Below are positions 1 through 8,811 of a DNA stretch of 64,000 bases, one piece after another (position 1 is the stretch's first letter; each line of letters begins with the position of its first letter). The DNA lies in assembly GCA_963828125.1 (NCBI GenBank), contig CAWHDP010000001.1, positions 352,001-416,000 of the forward strand, written 5' to 3'. The notes under the pieces are model-generated. The model had not been told where the DNA came from. It was given only the letters and a program-made list of their open reading frames with translations, and did not search any database. Both the position numbers and the translations under genes were made by a program. The stretch is from an uncultured Chlamydiae bacterium (GTDB lineage: Bacteria; Chlamydiota; Chlamydiia; Chlamydiales; SM23-39).

Positions 1-98
1 CGCCAATCGCTCGTCGCTAATCTGTCAAGCGATTTGCAAAATCTGGCGTAACATCTTGAGTACCTTTTCTCGCATCTGTGTGAGAAATGCGGGCTAGC
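1..98. repeat. Partial end of a putative small repeat/MITE ending in GCGGGCTAG
   Basis: gaaatgcgggctagc (84-98) is the exact reverse complement of gctagcccgcatttc (3574-3588); core tgcgggctag recurs at 11037-11046. Confidence 0.35.
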
Positions 99-269
99 TA
101 TTTGCCTCGCAACGCCGATAAATGACCAATGTCCAGTTTAATTTTAAATATTTTATTAAAATGCTTACAGTTTTAGGTAAATTTTTTTTTAATTAATATC
201 TTTTTTATTTTAATATATTGTAAACGGCCTAGTTAGGTAGAATGTGAAAGGAACTAAAATGAGGATCTT

Positions 270-686
270 ATGGCAATACAAGATACATTAACATTACTTG
301 AACGGACTGTGAATCAGTATATGAATGTAATATCTAGATATCAAGAGTTTGATGATGAGCCTGAATTCACCCCGTACGGTGGCGTATTCGAACCCTCTGT
401 TTCAGGGCTATCTCCGGAGGAAATAAAGGGGAATAAAAAGGCGAACAGACAAATAAGAATGCTCGATGTGGCTCATGAGCTCCATGAGACGGAAGATGGG
501 CAGGGAAATATATTTGCCAAAATCGCGTTTATAAATAGATTAATAACTGCTGTCAAGAAAGAGTACCCGTCTTGTCAAGCCATTCAAGACAAGACATTAA
601 GGGAGCGCGTCAGAAAAGTTCTTGAGGATGCTAAAGGAGTTCGTGATGATATGAACAAGATCCTTAAGTCTATGGGTTTTAAATAA
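270..686 (+). CDS. Hypothetical protein
   Basis: 138-aa ORF with GAGGA RBS after an AT-rich promoter region; no recognisable motif. Confidence 0.7.
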   Translation: MAIQDTLTLLERTVNQYMNVISRYQEFDDEPEFTPYGGVFEPSVSGLSPEEIKGNKKANRQIRMLDVAHELHETEDGQGNIFAKIAFINRLITAVKKEYPSCQAIQDKTLRERVRKVLEDAKGVRDDMNKILKSMGFK

Positions 687-767
687 GTGATTGACTGCTG
701 TCTTTTAATTTGCTGTTTTATTGTTTTTGTGTTATTTTTTACTGAAAAAAACAAATTTTAGGAGCCA

Positions 768-1755
768 TGTGAATAGTATTAATTCCAATCAACCGCCAGA
801 AATGCTCACAACACCGCCGGTTCAGACGCCTGAGGTAAGCGACTCTCGAAAGCTTGTTGCTCAAATACGGCTGAATAAAAAAAAATTGAATGTGCAAATA
901 GAGACAGGAAGTCAGGGCGGTAGCCCAACCAATTCACTGAGTCGCCGTGCTCTAGCTAGCCCTGCTAATAAAAGCGGCGGCAGTAGTCCAAGTAGTGCCA
1001 GTAGTGCGAGTTCGGCTGGTGAGCTGAATTGGCAAGCACTTCCCAAGGGTTTTGATTTGTCTCAAGCAGGTCCACCACTCAGAATGGCCCGGCATGGCAG
1101 TGTCGTTGATGAATCGACAGTGGATCAGAATTCATATATCAAACTGGGCAAAGATCAACGAGAAGCTCAGTGTTCAATCACAGTTAAGAATGGAAAAATA
1201 ATGCACAATGAAAACCCGCTCAGCACAGACGGTCCTATGAATTTTGTGTTGTTAGATACTGGAAAAATCTACATAGCCAACTCTGTCAATGAACAAATTT
1301 TTCACTCGAGCTTAGTACAAGATGACGAAGATGTGTGTGCAGCTGGTACGTTAAAAGCGGTCGATGGCGAGCTAACCTATATGGATGAAAATTCAGGCCA
1401 TTACAAGCCGTACAATCGCGTCGGATATGCAGCAGCTAGGCTCAGGGACATGGGGTGCGATACTTCACAACTCACGGTGCAGATTTCTCGTCGCGCCCCT
1501 ATTTCCGATGACGAGCGTTCGCCATCGACCTCAAAAGAGCGGCTTAGCAAGCTCGCGGCGATTTTAACAAAGAAGGGCCAGTCGCAGACAGGCTCTGCCC
1601 CAGCTTCTCCTACAGCCACTTCTACACCCCGCTTTTCCCGAACAAAGGAGGAGACCAAAGATAACCGCTTTTTGCCCAGTCCTAAGCTGGTACAGCTAAA
1701 AAATCCCAAATTGGCAGCCATACAACAACAACAAAAGCCACCTGAACCCCAGTAA
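768..1755 (+). CDS. Ser/Pro-rich candidate effector with IQM-like HSS-AAG-SGHYxP domain
   Basis: AGGAG then GTG/ATG near 768 (start uncertain; track starts at 721); motif FHSS...AAGTL...NSGHYKP flanked by low-complexity regions. Confidence 0.7.
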
Positions 1756-2733
1756 TCAATGCTGACCGAGCTTTGCGAGCGCCTGTTTGGCGAGGGCAAG
1801 CCCGCTCAGTTCGCTGATCCGGTCCCCGATCGAGCTGGCCTCGATGCGGCAGGACTGGACGTTCTCTCGCCAGGCAAAGCGGGGGAGCTGTTTTTTCAAG
1901 GGCTCCAGCAAGAGGGGCCCTGCGTGGATGGCGATGGTGCCGAGGATGACGACTTCGGGATTGAAGTTCATCAAGACGACGCCGATCCCTTGAGCGAGGC
2001 GGATGATGAATTCATCCCACACTTTAAGGGCATAGCGATCCCCTTTTTTCACTGCATTGACAAGACAAGCCGCATCGACTTTGCTTAAGTCCCCATTGGC
2101 TTCGATGAGAATATCAGTCTGAATCCGTTCCCCTTGGATCTCTTCTTGCATTTTTTTTGCAAGGGCGGCTCCTCCGCAGTAGACTTCAAAACACCCTTTT
2201 TGACCGCAGGGACAGAGAGGCCCGTCAATATCGAGGACAAAGTGGCCCACTTCGGCTGCCGTATCAGATACTCCCTGCACGAGGGCTCCGTTGACGATCG
2301 CCCCTCCGCCCATTCCGGTGCTACAGGTGAGGTAGACTAAATTAGGGGTTCCCTTAGAACTCCCAAATTGAAATTCGGCGACGCCCGCTGCATTGGCGTC
2401 GTTATTCATCATCACGGCTTTGTGAAAAGCGTCTTTAAAATACTGGACAAGGGGAGCGTTTTCCCAGCCGGGGAGATTGGGGGGCTTTAACATTTTCCCC
2501 TCTCTCGTCGAGATGGGGCCTGGCGAGGAGACGCCAATGGCGCCGATTTGGTTTAAATCGATCTGTTCCTCTCTCAACATGTCTTGGATGAGCGTCTCAA
2601 TGGCCTTGAGTCCGTTTTTCCAGTTTTTGAGCGGCTGAGTGAGGATCCTCTTGGAGGCGATGATTTTCCCGGTATGATCTCCGATGCAAACGCAAATTTT
2701 TGTCCCTCCGATATCGACGCCCACTAAATGCAT
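1756..2733 (-). CDS. ROK family sugar kinase (glucokinase-like)
   Basis: GVDIGGTK, NDANAA, EVGH, CPCGQKGCFE motifs; ATG at 2733. Confidence 0.95.
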   Translation of the reverse strand: MHLVGVDIGGTKICVCIGDHTGKIIASKRILTQPLKNWKNGLKAIETLIQDMLREEQIDLNQIGAIGVSSPGPISTREGKMLKPPNLPGWENAPLVQYFKDAFHKAVMMNNDANAAGVAEFQFGSSKGTPNLVYLTCSTGMGGGAIVNGALVQGVSDTAAEVGHFVLDIDGPLCPCGQKGCFEVYCGGAALAKKMQEEIQGERIQTDILIEANGDLSKVDAACLVNAVKKGDRYALKVWDEFIIRLAQGIGVVLMNFNPEVVILGTIAIHAGPLLLEPLKKQLPRFAWRENVQSCRIEASSIGDRISELSGLALAKQALAKLGQH

Positions 2734-2760
2734 ATCCAACCTTGCCCTATTCAAAATTTG

Positions 2761-3555
2761 ATGCTACCATTACCCTCAGATATGCTGCAACTGACCGCTG
2801 TTCTCTTGTTTGGATTGGCTTGGTTTGGGGGAGTCTCGCTCTTGAATGCGGCGGCCCACAAGCTCCCTTGTCCCCGCTTGATCCATTGGATTTATGCGAT
2901 GACTTTTGAGACGCTCGCTCTTCTTTCCGTTTTGTTGATGCGCTTTTTCCCCATATCAAAAAAAGTCAAAGGGAACGGGCGCCCGATTCTCCTCATCCAC
3001 GGCTATCTAAACCATGGCTCAGTCTGGCGTTTTCCGAAAAGGAGGCTTGAGGGTCTCGGGTTCGGACCGATTTACACAATCAATCTGGGCCATCCGTTTC
3101 GCCCGATCCGGATCTACGCCGAAAAAGTAGCCGTCCAAGCCGAAAAAATCGCCAAAGAAACCGGAAGGAAAGATCTGATTCTGATCGGCCATTCGATGGG
3201 AGGGCTGGTCGGGGGCTATTATGCGACTCATCTAGCCCCTCCTCACACCGTCACAGATGTGATGACTCTCGGCACGCCCCTGTTCGGCACCCCGCTGGCC
3301 CGGATCGCCCTCGGCCCGAACGGAAGAGAAATGGAACCCCGCTCCCTTTTTTTAAGGGCGCTCAGGGAGGCGATGGCTGCTCACAGGAGCCAAATCCGAT
3401 TCTATCATATTGCCACTCAAAGCGATCAATTAGTGATTCCCGGCGAATCGGCAGTGATCCCTGAACATCCGCACCGGATTTTCGAAGATATCGGCCATGC
3501 GAGTCTCCTCTATTCCAAACGTGTGATCCACCAAATCAGCCAATGGCTTTTATAA
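2761..3555 (+). CDS. Alpha/beta-fold lipase/esterase with N-terminal membrane segments
   Basis: LIHGY oxyanion motif, GHSMGG nucleophile, SDQLV and GHASLL; start uncertain. Confidence 0.88.
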   Translation: MLPLPSDMLQLTAVLLFGLAWFGGVSLLNAAAHKLPCPRLIHWIYAMTFETLALLSVLLMRFFPISKKVKGNGRPILLIHGYLNHGSVWRFPKRRLEGLGFGPIYTINLGHPFRPIRIYAEKVAVQAEKIAKETGRKDLILIGHSMGGLVGGYYATHLAPPHTVTDVMTLGTPLFGTPLARIALGPNGREMEPRSLFLRALREAMAAHRSQIRFYHIATQSDQLVIPGESAVIPEHPHRIFEDIGHASLLYSKRVIHQISQWLL

Positions 3556-3636
3556 AGGAGCGCATTCCTGTTTGCTAGCCCGCATTTCCTGGGAAGAAAC
3601 CGGCCGCGGTTTTCCCTTGAGAAAGCCATATGTCCT

Positions 3637-4098
3637 CTATGAGATTTCGGCCGAATCGCCGGTGACCGTGATCTGAATCCAAAGATCGCGCGGATCGAGG
3701 GTGACCGTCTCCTCGTGGCTCGTGCTGCGCGGCCAGGTGTTTTGGCCATGGCTCACTTCCCACTGGAGCCTATATTTGCCTGGCGGTTTTTGAAAACTCG
3801 CTTGACCTCTGTAACCGTAAATATCGCGCGGCTTTAGGGGAATCTGTGTCCCATCAAAGCCGGCGCTGAGAATGGCCGCCCCGTTTGGATTCGGATCATT
3901 GTAGACGAGTACTTGAACCCGAACCAAATCGGGATTTCCTGGGAGTTTTTCATTGGGGCCCAGATAGGTGTTTGTATTTTGGGCGACGAAATTTGCATGG
4001 CGGCCAGTTGTCATAGGGTCAAAGATGAGGAGAACGGCGAAGATCAGTAACATCGTGCCGAAACCTAGGAGGCATTGAAAGAATTTTTGAGCGCCCAT
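3637..4098 (-). CDS. Hypothetical membrane-anchored/exported protein
   Basis: 153-aa ORF, N-terminal hydrophobic helix then beta-rich domain. Confidence 0.7.
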   Translation of the reverse strand: MGAQKFFQCLLGFGTMLLIFAVLLIFDPMTTGRHANFVAQNTNTYLGPNEKLPGNPDLVRVQVLVYNDPNPNGAAILSAGFDGTQIPLKPRDIYGYRGQASFQKPPGKYRLQWEVSHGQNTWPRSTSHEETVTLDPRDLWIQITVTGDSAEIS

Positions 4099-4200
4099 AA
4101 CTGGATCTAATCAAGGGGTCTCATTTTATTCAAGCTTGATACTGAAGTTTGCAAAAATTAGTCAGAGACGGTATGAACACATTTTCTACCGGAGTGATTT

Positions 4201-5001
4201 ATGCATGCTCTTTTATCGACCCTCATCCTTGCTGTCATGGCAGTAACCCCATCCGATTCAAACATTTCTAGCATACGGACTATGCCGGTTGCTAGGACGC
4301 CCGAATCGAGCACCATTATTTTGAGGATCGCGATCCCTCAGGATGGGGAGCTGGTCGGCAGTCCGACTTGGATCCAATTTCGGATCGATGGCTTTGCCCT
4401 CGGGGCCCCCTCCCAGTTTGGCAGAGCCTCTGAGATTGTTCAGACCGATATGGGACAAACTGTCCACGTTGTCATAGATAATAAACCCTATTTCCCAATC
4501 AATGAGCCGGCTCTTGATCCATTTGATGAAGGGGGCTATTTTTACGACATGAGTTACAAGTTCGAAGTCCCTGATCGGCTAGATCCAGGGATGCACACGA
4601 TCCGGATGTTTCCTGCCCGATCTTTTGGGGAGAGCCTCAAGGGGGAGAATACATTCGCCGCCATCAATTTTTATGTGGGAAAAGAAAAAAACAAACCGGG
4701 TAGAGACCTCTCTCTTCCCTATATTACTTATAATGAGCCGAGCGATCAACTGCCCCTCTCCGCGAATCAGCCTGTCCTCCTCGACTTCTACGTGACGAAT
4801 GCCGAATTGAGTCCAGATGGGTATAAAGTCCGGCTCACCATCGATGGGAAAACGAATCGAACGATCACCTCTTGGCAACCTTATTATATTTACGGCCTCA
4901 CATCGGGCAAACATACGATTCGCCTCGAACTGCTCGATAAAGAGAATAAACCGGTCGCCGGGGAATTCAACGATGTTACTCAAACAATTTATATTAAATA
5001 G
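4201..5001 (+). CDS. Exported hypothetical protein with two beta-sandwich-like repeats
   Basis: Signal peptide; internal repeat VVIDNK...GMHTIRM / LTIDGK...GKHTIRL; GGAG RBS. Confidence 0.8.
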   Translation: MHALLSTLILAVMAVTPSDSNISSIRTMPVARTPESSTIILRIAIPQDGELVGSPTWIQFRIDGFALGAPSQFGRASEIVQTDMGQTVHVVIDNKPYFPINEPALDPFDEGGYFYDMSYKFEVPDRLDPGMHTIRMFPARSFGESLKGENTFAAINFYVGKEKNKPGRDLSLPYITYNEPSDQLPLSANQPVLLDFYVTNAELSPDGYKVRLTIDGKTNRTITSWQPYYIYGLTSGKHTIRLELLDKENKPVAGEFNDVTQTIYIK

Positions 5002-5140
5002 AAATTATTTTATATTTTTTTATGTATGTTGTTTTTTTCTGATAAAAGTTCAGGCCCCGAAGGGGAACTTTTACACTACAGCTATCCCAAGAAAAGGGGG
5101 CCGCAGCATACCTTCTCTTTTAGACTTCACATCAAACGTC

Positions 5141-6658
5141 TCATTCCTCCCGTCTAAACTTCTCAAAAAGGATGCCGCCTGAGGGGGTAACAGCGATCTG
5201 TTTGACGCGGGGGCTGCATAGGGCGGGCGAGCTCCAGTGATAAATGGGGGCGAGGGGCGTATCACGGACTAAAAGCTCTTCTGCTTCCATCAGAAGACCG
5301 GTTCTTACCGAAGATATCGCCACAGCCGCTTCATTGAGGAGGCGGTTGTATTCGGTTCTTTCCCAGCCAGGATAGTTTTTTAAATGGGTTCGATCCCTGA
5401 ACCGATCGAGGAGGCTGATGGGATCGTCAAATGGGGCGATCCATGAGGCGAGGGAGAGCAGATAGGTTTTAGCTTGCAATTGAGCTGCGTGGCTTTTGAA
5501 ATCGAGTTGCCCCAGTTGGACGGTCACTCCCAACACCTCTTTCCATTGCTGTTGGAGCGTTTGTGCGAGTTGTTTGTCTATTAGGCTCGTTTTAAAATAG
5601 AGGATGAGTGTTTCAAGCTCTTGAGGTTTGATCCCCAATTCGGCAAGTCCCTGTTCGAACTCAATGCGGGCTTTCGTCGGATCGAAAAGGGGGAATGATT
5701 GGCTCGAAAAGGAGGGGGGAAGGACCGATCTGGCGGCTATTTGTCTTCCTTGCGTCACTCTTTGGACGATCTCTTCTCGATTGATCGCGAGAGAAAAAGC
5801 TTTTCGCAAATGGATGTTATTGAAAGGAAATGTCTCGGTGTTGAAGGCGCAGAAGGTGGAAGCTGAGCAGGGGAGATATTGGATCTGATTTTGGAGCTTG
5901 TCAATTGCATCTGGGGGCAGAGGGGAGACGGAGCCTCCCAGCCAATCGAGATCGCCCCGTTCGAACATTTGCAAAGCGGTCATCTCATCGGAGACGATAC
6001 TGATGTGGATTTCGTCGAGGGAGATCTGGTCCCGGTTCCAGTAGCTCCCATTTTTTTTCAGGACGATTTCGCTATTCATGGCTATTTTTTCGATGCGAAA
6101 GGGGCCGCTGTAAAGGGTCAAGTCATCTTTAGCTGGAAGGAAGCTCGGAAAGGCAGTCAGAGAGTAAAAATAGGGGGTCGGGCGCTCCAATTCGACCCGT
6201 AAAGTTCGGTCATTGAGAGCCTTGATCCCTACCTCTTCAACGGAGATTTTCCCCCGAGCGCATAGCTCAGCATTTCGGATCGGATAAAACAGATAGGTGC
6301 AGCTCGATGGCTGGGAGAGGATCTGTTTCCACGACCTTTCAAAATCGGCTGCAGTGATGACTTGCCCATCGGTCCAATAGGCTTTCCGCAAATGGAAAAG
6401 ATAAACGGTCCGGTTGGCGGAGATTTCGAGCTTTTCGGCGAGGGCCAATTCCACCTCTCCCCCCCCTTTGCAGCGAGTCAACCCTTCATAGATCATGCAG
6501 ACTAAGGTAGATGAGGTAAAATCGCCCGCCTTCCTCGGATCGGAGCTCGTCGGGTGGCAATTAAAGGAGATTTTAAGAGAGCGTCTGGGAGGATCGCTCT
6601 TCGAGCAACTGGCAAGAATCAATAACCCGCTGAGAAACCATGTGATCGCGCTTGTCAA
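5141..6658 (-). CDS. oppA: Oligopeptide ABC transporter substrate-binding lipoprotein
   Basis: Lipobox LASC, YEGLTR, YLFHLRKAYWTDG, SGPF, LRKAFSLAINRE; start uncertain (TTG ~6658). Confidence 0.93.
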   Translation of the reverse strand: MTSAITWFLSGLLILASCSKSDPPRRSLKISFNCHPTSSDPRKAGDFTSSTLVCMIYEGLTRCKGGGEVELALAEKLEISANRTVYLFHLRKAYWTDGQVITAADFERSWKQILSQPSSCTYLFYPIRNAELCARGKISVEEVGIKALNDRTLRVELERPTPYFYSLTAFPSFLPAKDDLTLYSGPFRIEKIAMNSEIVLKKNGSYWNRDQISLDEIHISIVSDEMTALQMFERGDLDWLGGSVSPLPPDAIDKLQNQIQYLPCSASTFCAFNTETFPFNNIHLRKAFSLAINREEIVQRVTQGRQIAARSVLPPSFSSQSFPLFDPTKARIEFEQGLAELGIKPQELETLILYFKTSLIDKQLAQTLQQQWKEVLGVTVQLGQLDFKSHAAQLQAKTYLLSLASWIAPFDDPISLLDRFRDRTHLKNYPGWERTEYNRLLNEAAVAISSVRTGLLMEAEELLVRDTPLAPIYHWSSPALCSPRVKQIAVTPSGGILFEKFRREE

Positions 6659-6705
6659 AGTAAGCCATTTTTTGTAACGTAGTGGAATAGTATAGCAGGT
6701 TTTCA

Positions 6706-7098
6706 ATGAATTACCTCAAGAGCTTAGTCATAAACTTCTTAGTCATCTTCTTTTCGGACCATATCCTCCCCGGCATTCAAGTCATAGATCAGACGAAGCT
6801 GCCCCATATTGGCGGCGATATGATTTTGGCTGTTGGACTCGGATTCCTCAATTCTCTCATTTATCCGGTCATGAAGGGGCTCCACAAAGACCCCTCTTCT
6901 ATAAAAATTGCCTTTTCTGCTCTGATTTTGAATTTTGCGGCCTATGGCCTTGTGAAGTTGCTCCCTCTCGGGATTGCGATTTCGAGCGTTGAGGGGTATA
7001 TTCTCGCCTCCGGGATTGTGGCCGTCGGCAGCTTTTTGACCAATTTCTTCGAAATGAAGCGGCATGCGTCGCACGCAACGGGGATCGATTCACAATGA
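6706..7098 (+). CDS. Four-TM membrane protein, phage holin family IV/YvlD-like
   Basis: Four hydrophobic helices, ILPGI and LGFLNS motifs; paralogue of next gene. Confidence 0.75.
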   Translation: MNYLKSLVINFLVIFFSDHILPGIQVIDQTKLPHIGGDMILAVGLGFLNSLIYPVMKGLHKDPSSIKIAFSALILNFAAYGLVKLLPLGIAISSVEGYILASGIVAVGSFLTNFFEMKRHASHATGIDSQ

Positions 7099-7466
7099 AT
7101 TATCTGAGAAGCTTTTTTTTGAATTTTCTGATCGTATTTTTTATCGATCGAGTCTGTCCTGGCGTAGAGATCGCGGGCTATGAGGAGGTTCCGAATATTG
7201 GCGCTGATATCCTTTTTTCTCTCGTTCTTGGCTTCCTCAATTCCTCCATCTTTTTTTTCTTGGCTCTGCTCGAATTGACCATCAGTGATCTCAAGATGGC
7301 TCTGATCAGTTTTGTCGTCAGTTTTGGGGCCTTTATCCTCATTGGGATCATCCCCTTTGGGGTGAGAGTGGTGAACCCTTGGGGAGTGATCCTCGGCGGC
7401 GGCGTCGTGTGGATTGTCGCAGTTTTGACGAACCACCTCGAATGGAAACATTACAAAAGAATTTAA
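7095..7466 (+). CDS. Four-TM membrane protein, phage holin family IV/YvlD-like (tandem paralogue)
   Basis: MNYLRSF.LNFL..., P(N/H)IG.D, LGFLNS, LTN shared with upstream gene; ATGA overlap. Confidence 0.75.
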   Translation: MNYLRSFFLNFLIVFFIDRVCPGVEIAGYEEVPNIGADILFSLVLGFLNSSIFFFLALLELTISDLKMALISFVVSFGAFILIGIIPFGVRVVNPWGVILGGGVVWIVAVLTNHLEWKHYKRI

Positions 7467-7514
7467 TTTTATGAGCCTATCCCCAGATTTTTTGCCCCAC
7501 ACTACCGGATAGGC

Positions 7515-8660
7515 TCATTTGTCGATCATAGCGGGGGCAGGCCGCTTGAGGCCGCACACTCCTAGAAGAAGGGAGATGAGCGATAAGAAGTAGAACACCC
7601 CTGCTGCGCCGAATAGATCCATAGCAACTGGGGCAATCAAGGGGCCGACAATCGCCCCGAGGCCATAGGAGAGGACGAATCCCCCTGTGGCGGAAACAAT
7701 TTCCGTCTCTTTCACCCGCTCGCAGGCATAGGCCATGCAGACGGGGTACAAAGTGAAGGCAAAGCCGCCAAATAGCCAAGCGAGGACAAATAGGAGCCAC
7801 GTGGTTGGGGCCCATGCAACCCCCATCGCAAGGCAAGCGGTGGCGAAGCTGATGATTTTGATCACGCGGCGCCTATCTCCCCGATCGGCCCATTTGCCAA
7901 TCGGGAGTTGGAGGCTGAATCCGCCGAAAATCAGCACCGCCATGAAAGTGCCGATCTCTGAGACGCCCATGCCGATTTCTTTTGCGTAAACAGGGACTAG
8001 GCCATAGGTGACTGCCAGCACGATCCCGGAAGCGACTCCCCCGATAAACCCTAATGGGGAGATCCTATAGAGCTGAATCAAGTTGAGCCTCGCGCCGCTC
8101 TCCCCAATTTTGGGTTCGGCGATTTTTTTCATAGATATAGGGAAGATGGAGCAGACGACCAAAAGGGCCGTGATACAGAAGGGAAAAATTCCATTGGGAT
8201 CGGAAAGATCGATCAGGAACTGACCCGACGAGAGAGCCCCATAGAGGACCGCCAGATAGATCGATAGGATTCCGCCCCTCATATTGGGAACGCTTTGCAT
8301 TAAAAGCCAACTCTCTATGACGACAAAGACCCCCGCTGTGCAAATGCCTCCCATAAACCTCAGACAAGACCAGTACCAAGCGTTGAGCCAGAAACTTTGA
8401 CACAGGACAATCGCTGCAAGAGATGCAGCCAGAGCGACAAATGAGCGGATGTGTCCGATTTTCGAGATCCACCGATCGATCCTAAATGAGCCGACCAAGA
8501 TGCCGAGATAAAGGGCTGAGGTGACGACGCCGATCGTTTCCGGGGTGTAACCTGCCATCTCCAGTCGAATCGACACGAATGTATTGAAAAGACCGCTCCC
8601 CATCATCATAAAGAAGAGGCTCAGCAGGGGGGCGGCAACGAGTCGAATCAAAGGCAGCAT
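7515..8660 (-). CDS. MFS transporter (YcaD-like)
   Basis: About 12 TM helices, VVIESWL, QLPIGKWADRGDRR, LYP motifs. Confidence 0.92.
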   Translation of the reverse strand: MLPLIRLVAAPLLSLFFMMMGSGLFNTFVSIRLEMAGYTPETIGVVTSALYLGILVGSFRIDRWISKIGHIRSFVALAASLAAIVLCQSFWLNAWYWSCLRFMGGICTAGVFVVIESWLLMQSVPNMRGGILSIYLAVLYGALSSGQFLIDLSDPNGIFPFCITALLVVCSIFPISMKKIAEPKIGESGARLNLIQLYRISPLGFIGGVASGIVLAVTYGLVPVYAKEIGMGVSEIGTFMAVLIFGGFSLQLPIGKWADRGDRRRVIKIISFATACLAMGVAWAPTTWLLFVLAWLFGGFAFTLYPVCMAYACERVKETEIVSATGGFVLSYGLGAIVGPLIAPVAMDLFGAAGVFYFLSLISLLLGVCGLKRPAPAMIDK

Positions 8661-8811
8661 AACTCCATCTACACCACAGAGCCGATTTTCTGCACAGAAA
8701 ATTATTTAAACGTGAGGGGAGCGTTGCTATGCTATAGTAAATATAAACTACTGTTGTTTAGTATTATACGAATTTATTGAATTAAAATACGATGTGTATC
8801 ATAATTAAATT

